NCBI GenBank assembly: GCA_039927835.1
Contig: JBDSUF010000035.1
Span: 83,453 to 147,452 of the forward strand
Length of the DNA: 64,000 nt
Reading direction: 5' to 3'
DNA from: Alteraurantiacibacter sp.
Lineage (GTDB): Bacteria; Pseudomonadota; Alphaproteobacteria; Sphingomonadales; Sphingomonadaceae
Part shown: positions 1 through 8,837 of the stretch, in pieces
Layout of the letters: every line of letters begins with the position of its first letter
Position numbering within the stretch: position 1 is the first letter of the stretch
Notes under the pieces: generated by a model
Database searches by the model: none
What the model was told of the DNA's origin: nothing
The model's input: only the letters and a program-made list of their open reading frames with translations
Translations under genes and position numbers: made by a program

Positions 1-108
1 GGCGGCGGGGATGCCCAGGTGGCAATGGATGTCCACCAACAGATGCTTGCCGCGCGCCGAGACGGGGATGGGCTGCTGGTCGGTGCAGGTGAAGACGTGG
101 CCGGTCAT
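1..108 (-). CDS. Amidohydrolase family protein (N-terminal fragment; runs off the left edge)
   Basis: Manual minus-strand translation from the ATG at 108 gives MTGHVFTCTDQQPIPVSARGKHLLVDIHCHLGIPAA, with the amidohydrolase DxHxH metal motif. The ATG overlaps the upstream TGA (ATGA coupling). Confidence 0.7.
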   Translation of the reverse strand, partial: MTGHVFTCTDQQPIPVSARGKHLLVDIHCHLGIPAA

Positions 109-1400
109 GCGGAGATCCTTGCGGGGATGATGGTGCCGCTGCACTCGCCAAAGCCGATGGAGACATAGCCTTGGGTCTGCGCGCGGCCCCTGATGGCCAG
201 CGTGTCGCCGTCCTCCAGCATCACGCGCGTGGTGCCGTCGGGCAGGGTGATGGGCGCTTTGCCCAGTTCGGTCAGTTCGACCAGACAGGCGCGCGCTTCG
301 TCCGCCGCGCCGCTGACGGTGCCGGTGGCGATCAGGTCGGCGTTTTCGAGCGGAGCGCCGCCGCTCGCCTGATGCGTGACCATCTGCGCCAGCGTCCAGA
401 ACAGCTCGGCTACATGGGTGCGGACAATGCGGTGCGGGCCGTTGCCGGTGTCCAGCTCGGCGGTCAGCTCGACGTTGAGGCCGCCGAACTGGCGGTCGAA
501 CGGACGGTCGAAATAGGGCAGCAGCGCTGGCTCGTCCGCCGTTCGGCCACGACCGGGCACGCGGAATGGGGCGAGCGCTTCCATCGTCACGATCCACGGG
601 CTGATCGTGGTCAGGAAGCTCTTGCCGAGGTGCGGGCCGAGGATCATTTCGTAGAACTGGATGCCGCGCGCCGACCAGTCGTTGACCAGGCAGCAGCCGA
701 ACAGCAGGTCCTCAGCCGCGTCGAGTGGCACCGTCTCGCCCAGTACATTTGCGGGTCCGCGCAGCCAGGCGCCGAACTCCACCTCGAAATCGAGCATCGG
801 CTCGGGACCATGGACCGCTGCCGTTTCACCGCGCGGTACCACCTGCCCCATCGGGCGGAGCACCGGCGTGCCCGATACCGCGACCGAGCTGGCGCGGCCA
901 TTATAGGCCACCGGCAGGGTCGCCCAGGCGGGTTGCGGCGGTCGGCCGCCGTTCTTCGCCATGCGCAGGATATGGTCGGCGCTGGTGCAGAAGTCGGTGA
1001 AGGCCGGCGGCCTCGCGGGCATCAGCATGGTGACCGATGCGGCGGGCAGCAGCGCCGCTGCGGCAGCGGCCTGCGCGGTGCTGTCGTGCCGGTAAAGGTC
1101 GGACAAAGCGGCGCGCAGTTGCGAGAGGTGAGCGGTCGGCACCATGAACAGGTCCGCCAGCGAGGGGCGGCTGGCCACGGCGGCGACTTCGGCGGCAGTG
1201 CTGCCGAGCGCGCCGGAAGCGAGCAAAGCCGAAAGGTCGATGATCCGGTCGCCCAGCGCCACCCCGCCGCGCGCGCCTTTCCCGTCATCGAACACGCCGA
1301 ACGGCAGGTTCTGGATCGGAAAATCGTTCGCGCCATCGTTCGCGCTGGCGACGAAGCTGCGGCGCGCCGGATCGTGCGTGGCGTTGAGTTCAATGGACAT
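105..1400 (-). CDS. fahA: Fumarylacetoacetase (FahA/HmgB type)
   Basis: N-terminus ...FPIQNLPFGVF, plus DFEVEFG, NDWSAR, GKSFLTTISPWIVT and GFGEC motifs. Start re-assigned to MSIELNATHD (ATG at 1400), overlapping the upstream stop. Confidence 0.85.
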   Translation of the reverse strand: MSIELNATHDPARRSFVASANDGANDFPIQNLPFGVFDDGKGARGGVALGDRIIDLSALLASGALGSTAAEVAAVASRPSLADLFMVPTAHLSQLRAALSDLYRHDSTAQAAAAAALLPAASVTMLMPARPPAFTDFCTSADHILRMAKNGGRPPQPAWATLPVAYNGRASSVAVSGTPVLRPMGQVVPRGETAAVHGPEPMLDFEVEFGAWLRGPANVLGETVPLDAAEDLLFGCCLVNDWSARGIQFYEMILGPHLGKSFLTTISPWIVTMEALAPFRVPGRGRTADEPALLPYFDRPFDRQFGGLNVELTAELDTGNGPHRIVRTHVAELFWTLAQMVTHQASGGAPLENADLIATGTVSGAADEARACLVELTELGKAPITLPDGTTRVMLEDGDTLAIRGRAQTQGYVSIGFGECSGTIIPARISA

Positions 1401-2370
1401 GGTTGCAGCCCCCGTTTGCGCATTCCTTGCGATAGTGCAGCATCTCGGCGAACAACGCCGGTGGGCTGGCGGGCTCGAGGTCCGGGTCCCATTCCTTGTA
1501 CAGCGAATAGACATTGACCACCACGCGCTCGGGGTCGGTCCAGTGGGCATATTCGGTCAGCGAAATGTCCCGCGCCGCCTCGAGCCACGGCATCCCGGCA
1601 TCGAACCGCCCGCGCGCCTGATCGATCAGGTGCTCGAAATAGCCGCGCAGGTTGCGCACGCCCGCCACGTCGCAAATGGGGCCGTGGCCGGGTACAACGA
1701 TGTCGGGTTGCAAGTCCTCGATATAGCGGCAGGCGGCGATCCAGCGGCTCATCGGCCCGGCCCACAGCACCGGGTGCCCCTCGTTGAACAGCAGGTCGCC
1801 GGTGAACACCACCTTGTCTTGCGGCACCCAGGCGATGGTGTCGGACAGGGTGTGCGCCGGGCCAAGGTCGACCAGCTCCACGGTCTTGTCGCCCACGGTC
1901 AGGGTCAGCTTCTCGTCGAAGGTGCGGGTGGGCAGGGTCAGTTCGTCCACGCCGCTGAAATCGAACTGGCGGCCCATCGTTTCGAACAGGAATTCGCCCG
2001 CCTCGCCCATGTTGCCATAGTTGGCCGACAGGTTGGCGAGCGCCTGCGGATTGAAGTGCGACATCTCTTCGCGCATCGCGTTGGTGCCGACGATCTCGGC
2101 CCCTTCGACCACGCCGTTGCCGAAGAAGTGGTCCGGATTGGCGTGGGTGTTGACCAGCAGGTCCACGTGATCGCCGCCCGGCACCTTGGCGAAATCGGCG
2201 AGCATGTCCCTGGTCAGCGGCACGCTCATCAGCGTGTCGATCAACAGCGTCTGCCGGCGCGACGTGACCAGCCCGGCGTTGGACCAGCCCCATGTTCCGT
2301 CCGGCTGGACATAGCCGAACAGGCCATTGCCCAGATCGTGCACACCGTGGCTGAATGGCCAATTTGCCAA
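1390..2370 (-). CDS. MBL-fold metallo-hydrolase (cyclase-like)
   Basis: LIDTL, NTHANPDH (HxNxDH variant), GPAHT, FTGDLLF and VPGHG motifs. TTG start with GAGGAG upstream. Confidence 0.85.
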   Translation of the reverse strand: MANWPFSHGVHDLGNGLFGYVQPDGTWGWSNAGLVTSRRQTLLIDTLMSVPLTRDMLADFAKVPGGDHVDLLVNTHANPDHFFGNGVVEGAEIVGTNAMREEMSHFNPQALANLSANYGNMGEAGEFLFETMGRQFDFSGVDELTLPTRTFDEKLTLTVGDKTVELVDLGPAHTLSDTIAWVPQDKVVFTGDLLFNEGHPVLWAGPMSRWIAACRYIEDLQPDIVVPGHGPICDVAGVRNLRGYFEHLIDQARGRFDAGMPWLEAARDISLTEYAHWTDPERVVVNVYSLYKEWDPDLEPASPPALFAEMLHYRKECANGGCNHVH

Positions 2371-2407
2371 AGTCTTCTCCTCTTCCCAACGGCGACCTTA
2401 GTGGCCT

Positions 2408-2427
2408 TATTCTTGACCGCAAGAATA
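2408..2427. promoter_or_regulatory. Putative TetR operator TATTCTTG-accg-CAAGAATA
   Basis: Perfect 8-4-8 inverted repeat in the divergent MBL/TetR intergenic region; same TATTC-N10-GAATA frame as the two sites at 8695-8736. Confidence 0.65.
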
Positions 2428-2481
2428 TATTTCCGCCCTGCCCACTTGTGTCGCGCGGCCGCTTGGGCCTAGCACGGCTGA

Positions 2482-3138
2482 ATGGGCACCGGGGGCACGA
2501 GCAACAAGCGCAGCAAGGGCAGGCCGGACGCCGCCAGCGCGGGCGTGGGGCGCGAGGCGCTGATCGCTGCGGCTCGCCAGCTGTTGCAGGAATTGCCGCC
2601 CGCGCAAGTCACCGCCAGCGCCATTGCCCGCCGCGCCGGGGGCGATCCCGCGCTGGTGCGCTATTACTTCGGCAACCGCGAGAAGCTGCTGTTGGCCGTG
2701 GCGCAGCAGATCGGCGAGGAAACCTCCGGCCACTTCCCCAAGTCGGGTGACCCGGTGGACATGCTGACCGCCTTCATCCATTCCACCTTCAGCTTCACCC
2801 GCTCGGCCCGCAACATGCAGCGGCTGATGATCGACGAGCTGGATTCGACCAGTTCACCCGATGTGCGCGACAGCTTGCGTGAGTGGAACCGCTGGCCGGT
2901 GGACTTCTACGCCAAGATCAAGGCGCTCGACGCGGACGACCACGCGCTGGCCGATTTTGACCCCCTGTTCCTGCATCTGGCGGTGGTGGGCATCAGCGAC
3001 TTCTTCGTCAGCGGCGGTCCGCTGATCGAACTGCTGGTCCCCGAAGGCACCGACATGGAAGAGTTGGGCAAACAGTACGAAGCCTTCGTGGAGCGGATGC
3101 TTCTGGACGGATTGCGCAAGCGCCAGTACGCGCCCTAG
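2482..3138 (+). CDS. TetR/AcrR family transcriptional regulator
   Basis: N-terminal HTH REALIAAARQLL...TASAIARRAGGDPALVRYYFGNREKLL. Confidence 0.92.
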   Translation: MGTGGTSNKRSKGRPDAASAGVGREALIAAARQLLQELPPAQVTASAIARRAGGDPALVRYYFGNREKLLLAVAQQIGEETSGHFPKSGDPVDMLTAFIHSTFSFTRSARNMQRLMIDELDSTSSPDVRDSLREWNRWPVDFYAKIKALDADDHALADFDPLFLHLAVVGISDFFVSGGPLIELLVPEGTDMEELGKQYEAFVERMLLDGLRKRQYAP

Positions 3139-4094
3139 CTTTCCGCCACGCACCGATTGCGCTGGGTGCCCAAGGTCACGCCAGCGCCACTGATGGTCCC
3201 TTCCATCACGTCGCCATCGTGCAGAAATACGCCGAAGGCACTGCCGTTGCCATAGGGCGAGCCGGTGCAGATCACGTCGCCCGGTTGCAGCACCACGCGG
3301 TGCGACAGGTATTCGATCTGCCGCTCGATCGAGGCCATCATGTCCCCGGTGCTCTCGTTCTGGTAAACCTTGCCGTTGACCGCCAGCTTGATGGTCAGCG
3401 CATAGGGATCGGGCACCTGATCCCGCGGAACGATCAGCGGACCGAACGGCAGGAAGGTGGGGAAGCATTTGCCCGAGAGCCAGTCGGCACCGATCGCCGA
3501 GCCGTCCTTGCGGAAGATGTGTTCGCGCGCGGTCACGTCGTTGACCACGGCATAGCCCGCCACATAATCCATCGCCTCGGCAGCGGACACGCGGTGCGCG
3601 CGTTTGCCGATGACCACGCCCAGTTCCAGCTCCCAATCGGGCTTCTCGACGTTCACCGGCAGGACCACTTCGCCCAGCGGGCCGATTGCACAACTGGGCA
3701 GCTTGAGAAACACGAACGGCAGCGCCTTGGCGCGCGCGTCCATCATCGCTTCCACCTTGGCGCGGCGTTCTTCGTCGGACAGATTCTCGTGCTCGGTGGT
3801 GCGCATCGACGCATCGCCCATGATCAGGCCGACGACGTGCTTCTTGTAATTGGCCCCGGTGCAGAACACCTGGCCCGGCCGATAAGGCATGTCAGCCGCC
3901 GCCTTGCTGAAAGTGCAGGCATCGGCAAATGCGGCAGCGTCTGCCGCCCAGACCGGCAAGCGCGGCTGCACCATCGCCCAAGCGTCCAGCAGGGCCTGCA
4001 GGCCGCGCGTCTCTCCCCAGTATGCCAGTGGCACGAAGGCATCGTCGCGCACCAGAACCGCTGCGCCATCCACAGTGGCCAGACCAAAGCTCAT
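3135..4094 (-). CDS. Fumarylacetoacetate-hydrolase family protein (HpcE/YcgM-like)
   Basis: GANYKKH, FVFLK, DWELELGVVIG, NDVTAR, GKCFPTF and DVICTGSP motifs. Start MSFGLA (ATG at 4094) coupled TGATG to the upstream gene. Confidence 0.88.
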   Translation of the reverse strand: MSFGLATVDGAAVLVRDDAFVPLAYWGETRGLQALLDAWAMVQPRLPVWAADAAAFADACTFSKAAADMPYRPGQVFCTGANYKKHVVGLIMGDASMRTTEHENLSDEERRAKVEAMMDARAKALPFVFLKLPSCAIGPLGEVVLPVNVEKPDWELELGVVIGKRAHRVSAAEAMDYVAGYAVVNDVTAREHIFRKDGSAIGADWLSGKCFPTFLPFGPLIVPRDQVPDPYALTIKLAVNGKVYQNESTGDMMASIERQIEYLSHRVVLQPGDVICTGSPYGNGSAFGVFLHDGDVMEGTISGAGVTLGTQRNRCVAES

Positions 4095-5218
4095 CAGAAC
4101 GGCTCCTTCAGTTGCTGCATGGTTCCGCCCAGCATCTTGTTGGCATCCATCTGGTTGCCGCCCGCCATCTCGATCTCGCCGATGCGGACCGAGTTCTCGA
4201 CGATCAGCCGCACCCGATCGAACCGGCGCTCGGCAAAGGCGGTCAGCGCGGCATCGACGTCGTCGGTGCGGGCGATTTCCTCGGCGAGGGCCAGCCCGTC
4301 TTCCACCGCCGCGCCTGCGCCAGAGGCCATGTGCGGCGTGGTGGCATGGGCGGCATCGCCGATCAGCACGACCCGCCCCTTGTGCCACGGCTGGGGCAGC
4401 AACTGCCATTCGAGCGGACGGTAATTGACCAGCGAATCCGGCCCGAGGTTCTCGCGGATCGCCGTGATGTCACCGCCAAAGGGCGCCAGCAATTGCGCCA
4501 CGTGCGGCAGCATGTCGTCCTCGGCAAACCACGGATTATCGGGCACATGTTCAAGGATGAAGGCGTAGATCTTGTCCGCCGAGATGGGGTTGAGGCCCAG
4601 CTTGACCGGCCCGCCGATCCAGATTTCCGGACGGTCAAGCCCTGCCGGACGGTCGGCCACGATGCGCCAGCACCCTTGCCCGGTGAAACGGGGGGCGGCG
4701 GCTTGCGGAAACAACAGCTGGCGTGTCTGCGAAAAGATGCCGTCAGCCGCCACCACCAGATCGACCAGTCGTGTTGAGCCATCCGAGAGTGTGACCGTCA
4801 CCCCGTCGTCGCCCTCGGCATAGCCCTTCGGAGAAACGCCCAGCGTGATCGCTACGCCCGCCGCGCGGGTTTCGCCTTGCATGATCGCGTGGAGCGCGGG
4901 GCGCATGATGCCGCCGCTGCAATCAATCGGAGCAGCTGTTTGTCCCGGCGGGGGCGAGGGGCTTTCCATCACCACGCTGCCGTCGGCTGCCCGCAGGCGA
5001 ATGCCCGATCCGATGAAACCTTCGCGCCGCACATCGGCGAGGATGCCGAGTTGGTCGAACGCGCGCAGCGACATGCCGGTGACGCTGATGCCGGCGCCAT
5101 AGGACCGCCATTCCGGATCCAGGTCGATCAGTTCCACAGCCACACCCAGCCGGGCGAGCGCAATTCCTGCGCTCATCCCGCCCACGCCGCCGCCGACGAT
5201 CAATGCCCGCTCAATCAT
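4094..5218 (-). CDS. FAD-dependent aromatic monooxygenase (group A flavoprotein)
   Basis: GGGVGG dinucleotide fold, DLVVAADG (DG motif), VLIGDAAHATTPHMASGAG (GD motif). Confidence 0.9.
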   Translation of the reverse strand: MIERALIVGGGVGGMSAGIALARLGVAVELIDLDPEWRSYGAGISVTGMSLRAFDQLGILADVRREGFIGSGIRLRAADGSVVMESPSPPPGQTAAPIDCSGGIMRPALHAIMQGETRAAGVAITLGVSPKGYAEGDDGVTVTLSDGSTRLVDLVVAADGIFSQTRQLLFPQAAAPRFTGQGCWRIVADRPAGLDRPEIWIGGPVKLGLNPISADKIYAFILEHVPDNPWFAEDDMLPHVAQLLAPFGGDITAIRENLGPDSLVNYRPLEWQLLPQPWHKGRVVLIGDAAHATTPHMASGAGAAVEDGLALAEEIARTDDVDAALTAFAERRFDRVRLIVENSVRIGEIEMAGGNQMDANKMLGGTMQQLKEPF

Positions 5219-5245
5219 GCGCTGTTACTTTCTTCAGGCCAGAGT

Positions 5246-6151
5246 TCAGGCAGGAACCTGCCACAGCCCCTTGTCGGGCTGCATTTCGGCGTGCGGCACA
5301 TTACCGCTGATGATCCGGCCAGTGCCCCACTGGTCGATGGTCTCGGGTCCCGGCTCGTAATGGGTCACCTGCCAGGTATCCTCGTCCACGTGTTCGAGGT
5401 CGGAGGTGAACTCCACCGCGTTGCCGTTGGGGGTGAGGAAATAGCTGAAGGTGTTGTTGCCTGCCGTGTGCCGCCCGGGTCCCCAGCTCAGCGTCACGCC
5501 CGCTGTGTGCAGTCGCCCGAGCGCGCGCATCATCTCGTCGACTGAAATCACGTCGAAGGCGATGTGGTTCAACGCCGGGGGTCCGGGCAGGATGGCAATC
5601 CGGTGGTGCGCCGAGTTGCAGCGCAGGAAGACCATGAACTTGCCGATCCAGTCGGACAGGCGGAAGCCCAGCGCCTGCTCGAAGAACGCGGCCAGCTTGG
5701 CGTGGTCGGGCGAGTGGAACACCACATGGCTGATGCCCTCGGGGATCGCCTCTCCCTTCTGCAGCTGGCGCGCCGTGCGGGTGCTTGCCTCGGCCGCAAC
5801 TTCCATCGCGCGGCCATCGGGATCGAAGAAACGGAAGCCGAAGCCGCCTGCCGGACCCGCAACGGGACCCGGCTGGCTGATGATTTTGCCGCCTGCCACC
5901 TGCACCTGCTCGAAGATCGCCTGCACGTCCTCCCGCGATGCCGCCGAAAAACCGACGAGGTCGGTCTTTCGCTCGGCATCCTCGCGCAGCACCAGCACGT
6001 AAGGGTGCGAACGCCCTTCAGCTGCGAGATAGACCTTGCCGTCCTCCTCGGCCACTTCGATCAGGCCCCAGTTGTGGGTGAAGAACGCGCGCTCGGCGGC
6101 CAGGTCGGGCACGGCCAGGGCCACGTATTGCAGGTCTGTAACGCTTACCAT
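5246..6151 (-). CDS. Two-domain VOC protein, type I extradiol dioxygenase
   Basis: C-domain carries SHVVFH, HHRIA, LNHIAF, GRH and SYFLTPNGNAVEF, the His/His/Glu metal and His/His/Tyr catalytic pattern. Start at 6151 or 6172. Confidence 0.85.
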   Translation of the reverse strand: MVSVTDLQYVALAVPDLAAERAFFTHNWGLIEVAEEDGKVYLAAEGRSHPYVLVLREDAERKTDLVGFSAASREDVQAIFEQVQVAGGKIISQPGPVAGPAGGFGFRFFDPDGRAMEVAAEASTRTARQLQKGEAIPEGISHVVFHSPDHAKLAAFFEQALGFRLSDWIGKFMVFLRCNSAHHRIAILPGPPALNHIAFDVISVDEMMRALGRLHTAGVTLSWGPGRHTAGNNTFSYFLTPNGNAVEFTSDLEHVDEDTWQVTHYEPGPETIDQWGTGRIISGNVPHAEMQPDKGLWQVPA

Positions 6152-6176
6152 GATGGGCTCCGGTCCATTCAAGTTG

Positions 6177-8672
6177 TCAGAAACTGCCGCCTAGGCGCAC
6201 GCCATAGGTGAGCGGTTGTTCGGCATTGGCGACGATCAATCCGGCCGAATTGGTGGTTCCGCCGATCAGCCGCCGGTTATTCTCGATATTGTTCGCATAG
6301 AAACTCAGGAACATTGTCTCGTCGTGATCGGCGAAGGTCAACGAGGCATAGCTGACGAAATTCCCCGGCGCCTTCAAATAAGGGAGATAGTCGGCCGAGG
6401 AGTAGCTCGATCCGCGATACCGGGTGCCGACGTTCAAGACCATGTCGAACGGTCCCACGTTGATCGACTGGCGTGCGTCGAGATTGAACGACCAGCGCGG
6501 CGAATTGAACGCCTGGTTGCCCGAACAATCGATCGCGAACACGTTGATCGTGCTGCCGCCCGGCGTGGTCTGCGTGGTCGGGGTGTAGGGGCACGTGGTG
6601 TTCGGCGGCAGGCCCTGGTTGGGCGCAAAGTACACGAAGCTGTCGTAGCTGGTGTCGAGATACTGTACGTTGGCCGACAACGTCGTGTTCTGCGCCGGCA
6701 GCACCTGCAGGTCCATGTCGAGGCCCTTGATCGTGCTGTCGCCGATGTTGCGGGTAAGGAACACGGTGCTTGGCGGATTGCCCAGGTCATAGCCGAATTG
6801 GCTGAACTGCTGGCCGCGGTAATCCCACCAGAACGCTTCCAGGTTCAACTGCACGCGGTTGTCGAGGAAGCGGTTCTTGGTGCCCAGCGTCCAGGCGCGA
6901 ATGCTCTCCGGATCATAGGTCTCCACTCCGCGAGCAAACGAGAAGCCGCCGGCGTGGTAGCCGGTTTCCATGCTGGCATAGATCATGTTGCGCGGCGTCA
7001 GGTCATACTGTGCTGCGAGGCGATAGGTGAACTTGTTGTTCTTGAGGCCCGAGTTGATCACGATCGGCGCATTGAGCACGAACGGCGCGGTCTGCGAGCC
7101 GCCCGCCTGCGGGGGCAGCGCGAACAGCGGCACCGGCGTGACCGGGATGCCCGCCTGCGCGTAGAATGCGCGCAGGGCCGCCGAACTTGCTACCCGCGGG
7201 ATGAGCGGCAGCGTGGGGCAGAAGTCCTGCGGCGGTGCGGGATTGCCGCAGAACAGGATGTACACATCGGACACGCCGTCGAAGCGCTTGCGATCCGCGG
7301 TGTAACGCCCGGCTGCGGTAAGGCTGAGGTTCTCCACCGGACGGAAGGTCAACATCGAGAACCCCGCCCAGCTGCGCGTGCCGGTGGTGAAGTCCTGGAT
7401 CGGCGTCAGCGTATGCTGGTTGTAGCGGGCTTGGGCGGAAATATCCTCGTCGAAGTACATGCCGCCGACAAGGTAGCTGACGGTCTCGCCCAGATCGCCG
7501 TTCCAGCGCGCTTCCACGCTGGTCTGCTGGTCGGTTTCCTGGGTCGCGGCTTCGCGGAATACGCCGGTGAACACATAATTCAGCTTGGCCTCGCGATAGG
7601 CCGGCTGGACGGTCAGCGTGCCGGCTTCGGTCGAGTAGATGAACTCGGCGGTGACGCCCCAGTAATCGTTGTCGTTGCTTGGAACACCGTCGACCACCGA
7701 GCCGGCGCGGCCGACCTGGCTGATGAAGCGCTGCGCCTGGTAAGCGGCCGAGCGCGGATCGCCCAGACCCTGGTCGGGATCGAAGTTGGACGGGGTATAG
7801 CGATAGCCGGCAAAGCCCGTCTGGCCGAACGTGGGATCGACCGCGCCCAACTGGTAACCCGAAGAACTGGCGCCGCCCTGATGAGCGAAATCGCCCGCCA
7901 GGCGGATGCTCAGGTCGGTCGAGGGCTCGAACAGCACCTGCAGTCGCCCGGCATATTCGCGCTGGGTGCCGGAGCCGTCGGTCATAAAGGCGCTGCGGCG
8001 TGCCAGCGACCCGGACGCGCGCACGGCGACGGTGTCACCCACCGGCACGTTGACCGCCGCCTGGCTGGTGAGCCAGTTGTAGTTGCCATAACCGATCATG
8101 AAGTCGACCGACTGCTCGCCAAGTTCTGGCCGGTTGGGGATCACGTTGATCGCACCCGCCGTGGCGTTGCGCCCGTAGAGGGTGCCTTGCGGACCCTTGA
8201 GCACTTCGACCCGCTGCAGATCGTAGAACACGCCCGAGGTGGACGAGGGGCGTCCGACATAGACGCCATCGTAGTTGAACGAGATGGCCGGATCGGAATA
8301 GGAATTGTTCGACGTGTTGCCCACACCGCGCACGAAGAAGCTGGTCAGCCCGCCCGCACCGCCGACAGCCGAGAGCGACGGCGAAATGCGCGAAAGGTCC
8401 TCGGCACGCAGGACTTGCTGCGCGATCAGTTCCTCGGGCTGGATGACGTCGATCGCCAGCGGAGTACGCTGGCTGACGGTGGCGGTGCGTTGGGCGGTGA
8501 CCATGATGTCGCCGATCCCCGATTCGGTGGCCGTGCGAGCCGCGCTTTCCGCAGCGTCGGAGTTCTGCGCCACAGAATCCTGCCCGGGCGAATCCTGCGC
8601 CATTGCTGGCACTGCCGCCAGCGCGATGCCCAATGCGCCGAGCGACGCCGCCCCCTTCATAATCCCAATCAT
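6177..8672 (-). CDS. TonB-dependent receptor
   Basis: Signal peptide, TonB box IMVTAQR, plug motif [24 protein letters not shown]-terminal Phe (GGSF). GGGAG upstream of the ATG at 8672. Confidence 0.93.
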   Translation of the reverse strand: MIGIMKGAASLGALGIALAAVPAMAQDSPGQDSVAQNSDAAESAARTATESGIGDIMVTAQRTATVSQRTPLAIDVIQPEELIAQQVLRAEDLSRISPSLSAVGGAGGLTSFFVRGVGNTSNNSYSDPAISFNYDGVYVGRPSSTSGVFYDLQRVEVLKGPQGTLYGRNATAGAINVIPNRPELGEQSVDFMIGYGNYNWLTSQAAVNVPVGDTVAVRASGSLARRSAFMTDGSGTQREYAGRLQVLFEPSTDLSIRLAGDFAHQGGASSSGYQLGAVDPTFGQTGFAGYRYTPSNFDPDQGLGDPRSAAYQAQRFISQVGRAGSVVDGVPSNDNDYWGVTAEFIYSTEAGTLTVQPAYREAKLNYVFTGVFREAATQETDQQTSVEARWNGDLGETVSYLVGGMYFDEDISAQARYNQHTLTPIQDFTTGTRSWAGFSMLTFRPVENLSLTAAGRYTADRKRFDGVSDVYILFCGNPAPPQDFCPTLPLIPRVASSAALRAFYAQAGIPVTPVPLFALPPQAGGSQTAPFVLNAPIVINSGLKNNKFTYRLAAQYDLTPRNMIYASMETGYHAGGFSFARGVETYDPESIRAWTLGTKNRFLDNRVQLNLEAFWWDYRGQQFSQFGYDLGNPPSTVFLTRNIGDSTIKGLDMDLQVLPAQNTTLSANVQYLDTSYDSFVYFAPNQGLPPNTTCPYTPTTQTTPGGSTINVFAIDCSGNQAFNSPRWSFNLDARQSINVGPFDMVLNVGTRYRGSSYSSADYLPYLKAPGNFVSYASLTFADHDETMFLSFYANNIENNRRLIGGTTNSAGLIVANAEQPLTYGVRLGGSF

Positions 8673-8694
8673 GACCATCTCCCAGTTTCTGTTA

Positions 8695-8736
8695 TATTCC
8701 ACCGCATAGGAATAAATATTCCGATGCTCAAGAATA
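8695..8736. promoter_or_regulatory. Two tandem putative TetR operators
   Basis: TATTCCACCGCATAGGAATA (8695-8714) and TATTCCGATGCTCAAGAATA (8717-8736), both 20-bp TATTC-N10-GAATA, directly upstream of the TonB receptor. Confidence 0.62.
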
Positions 8737-8800
8737 ATCGTACGGGGGGCTGCGCGGATTGCAGGTCAAGGCGCTCGAGGGAATGGGGCAGTGCGAAACA

Positions 8801-8815
8801 TGTTGCGCCGCAACA
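8801..8815. promoter_or_regulatory. Perfect palindrome TGTTGCG-C-CGCAACA (PhaR-like TGC-N3-GCA site)
   Basis: 7-1-7 inverted repeat ending 22 nt before the ATG of the DUF2126 gene. Confidence 0.45.
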
Positions 8816-8837
8816 GGAAACGCGGTTCAGTCTGGCC

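Noticed and set aside
8560-8598. 15-bp periodicity in the N-terminus of the first TonB receptor ([15 protein letters not shown])
   Set aside because: Degenerate low-complexity linker, common just after TBDR signal peptides.
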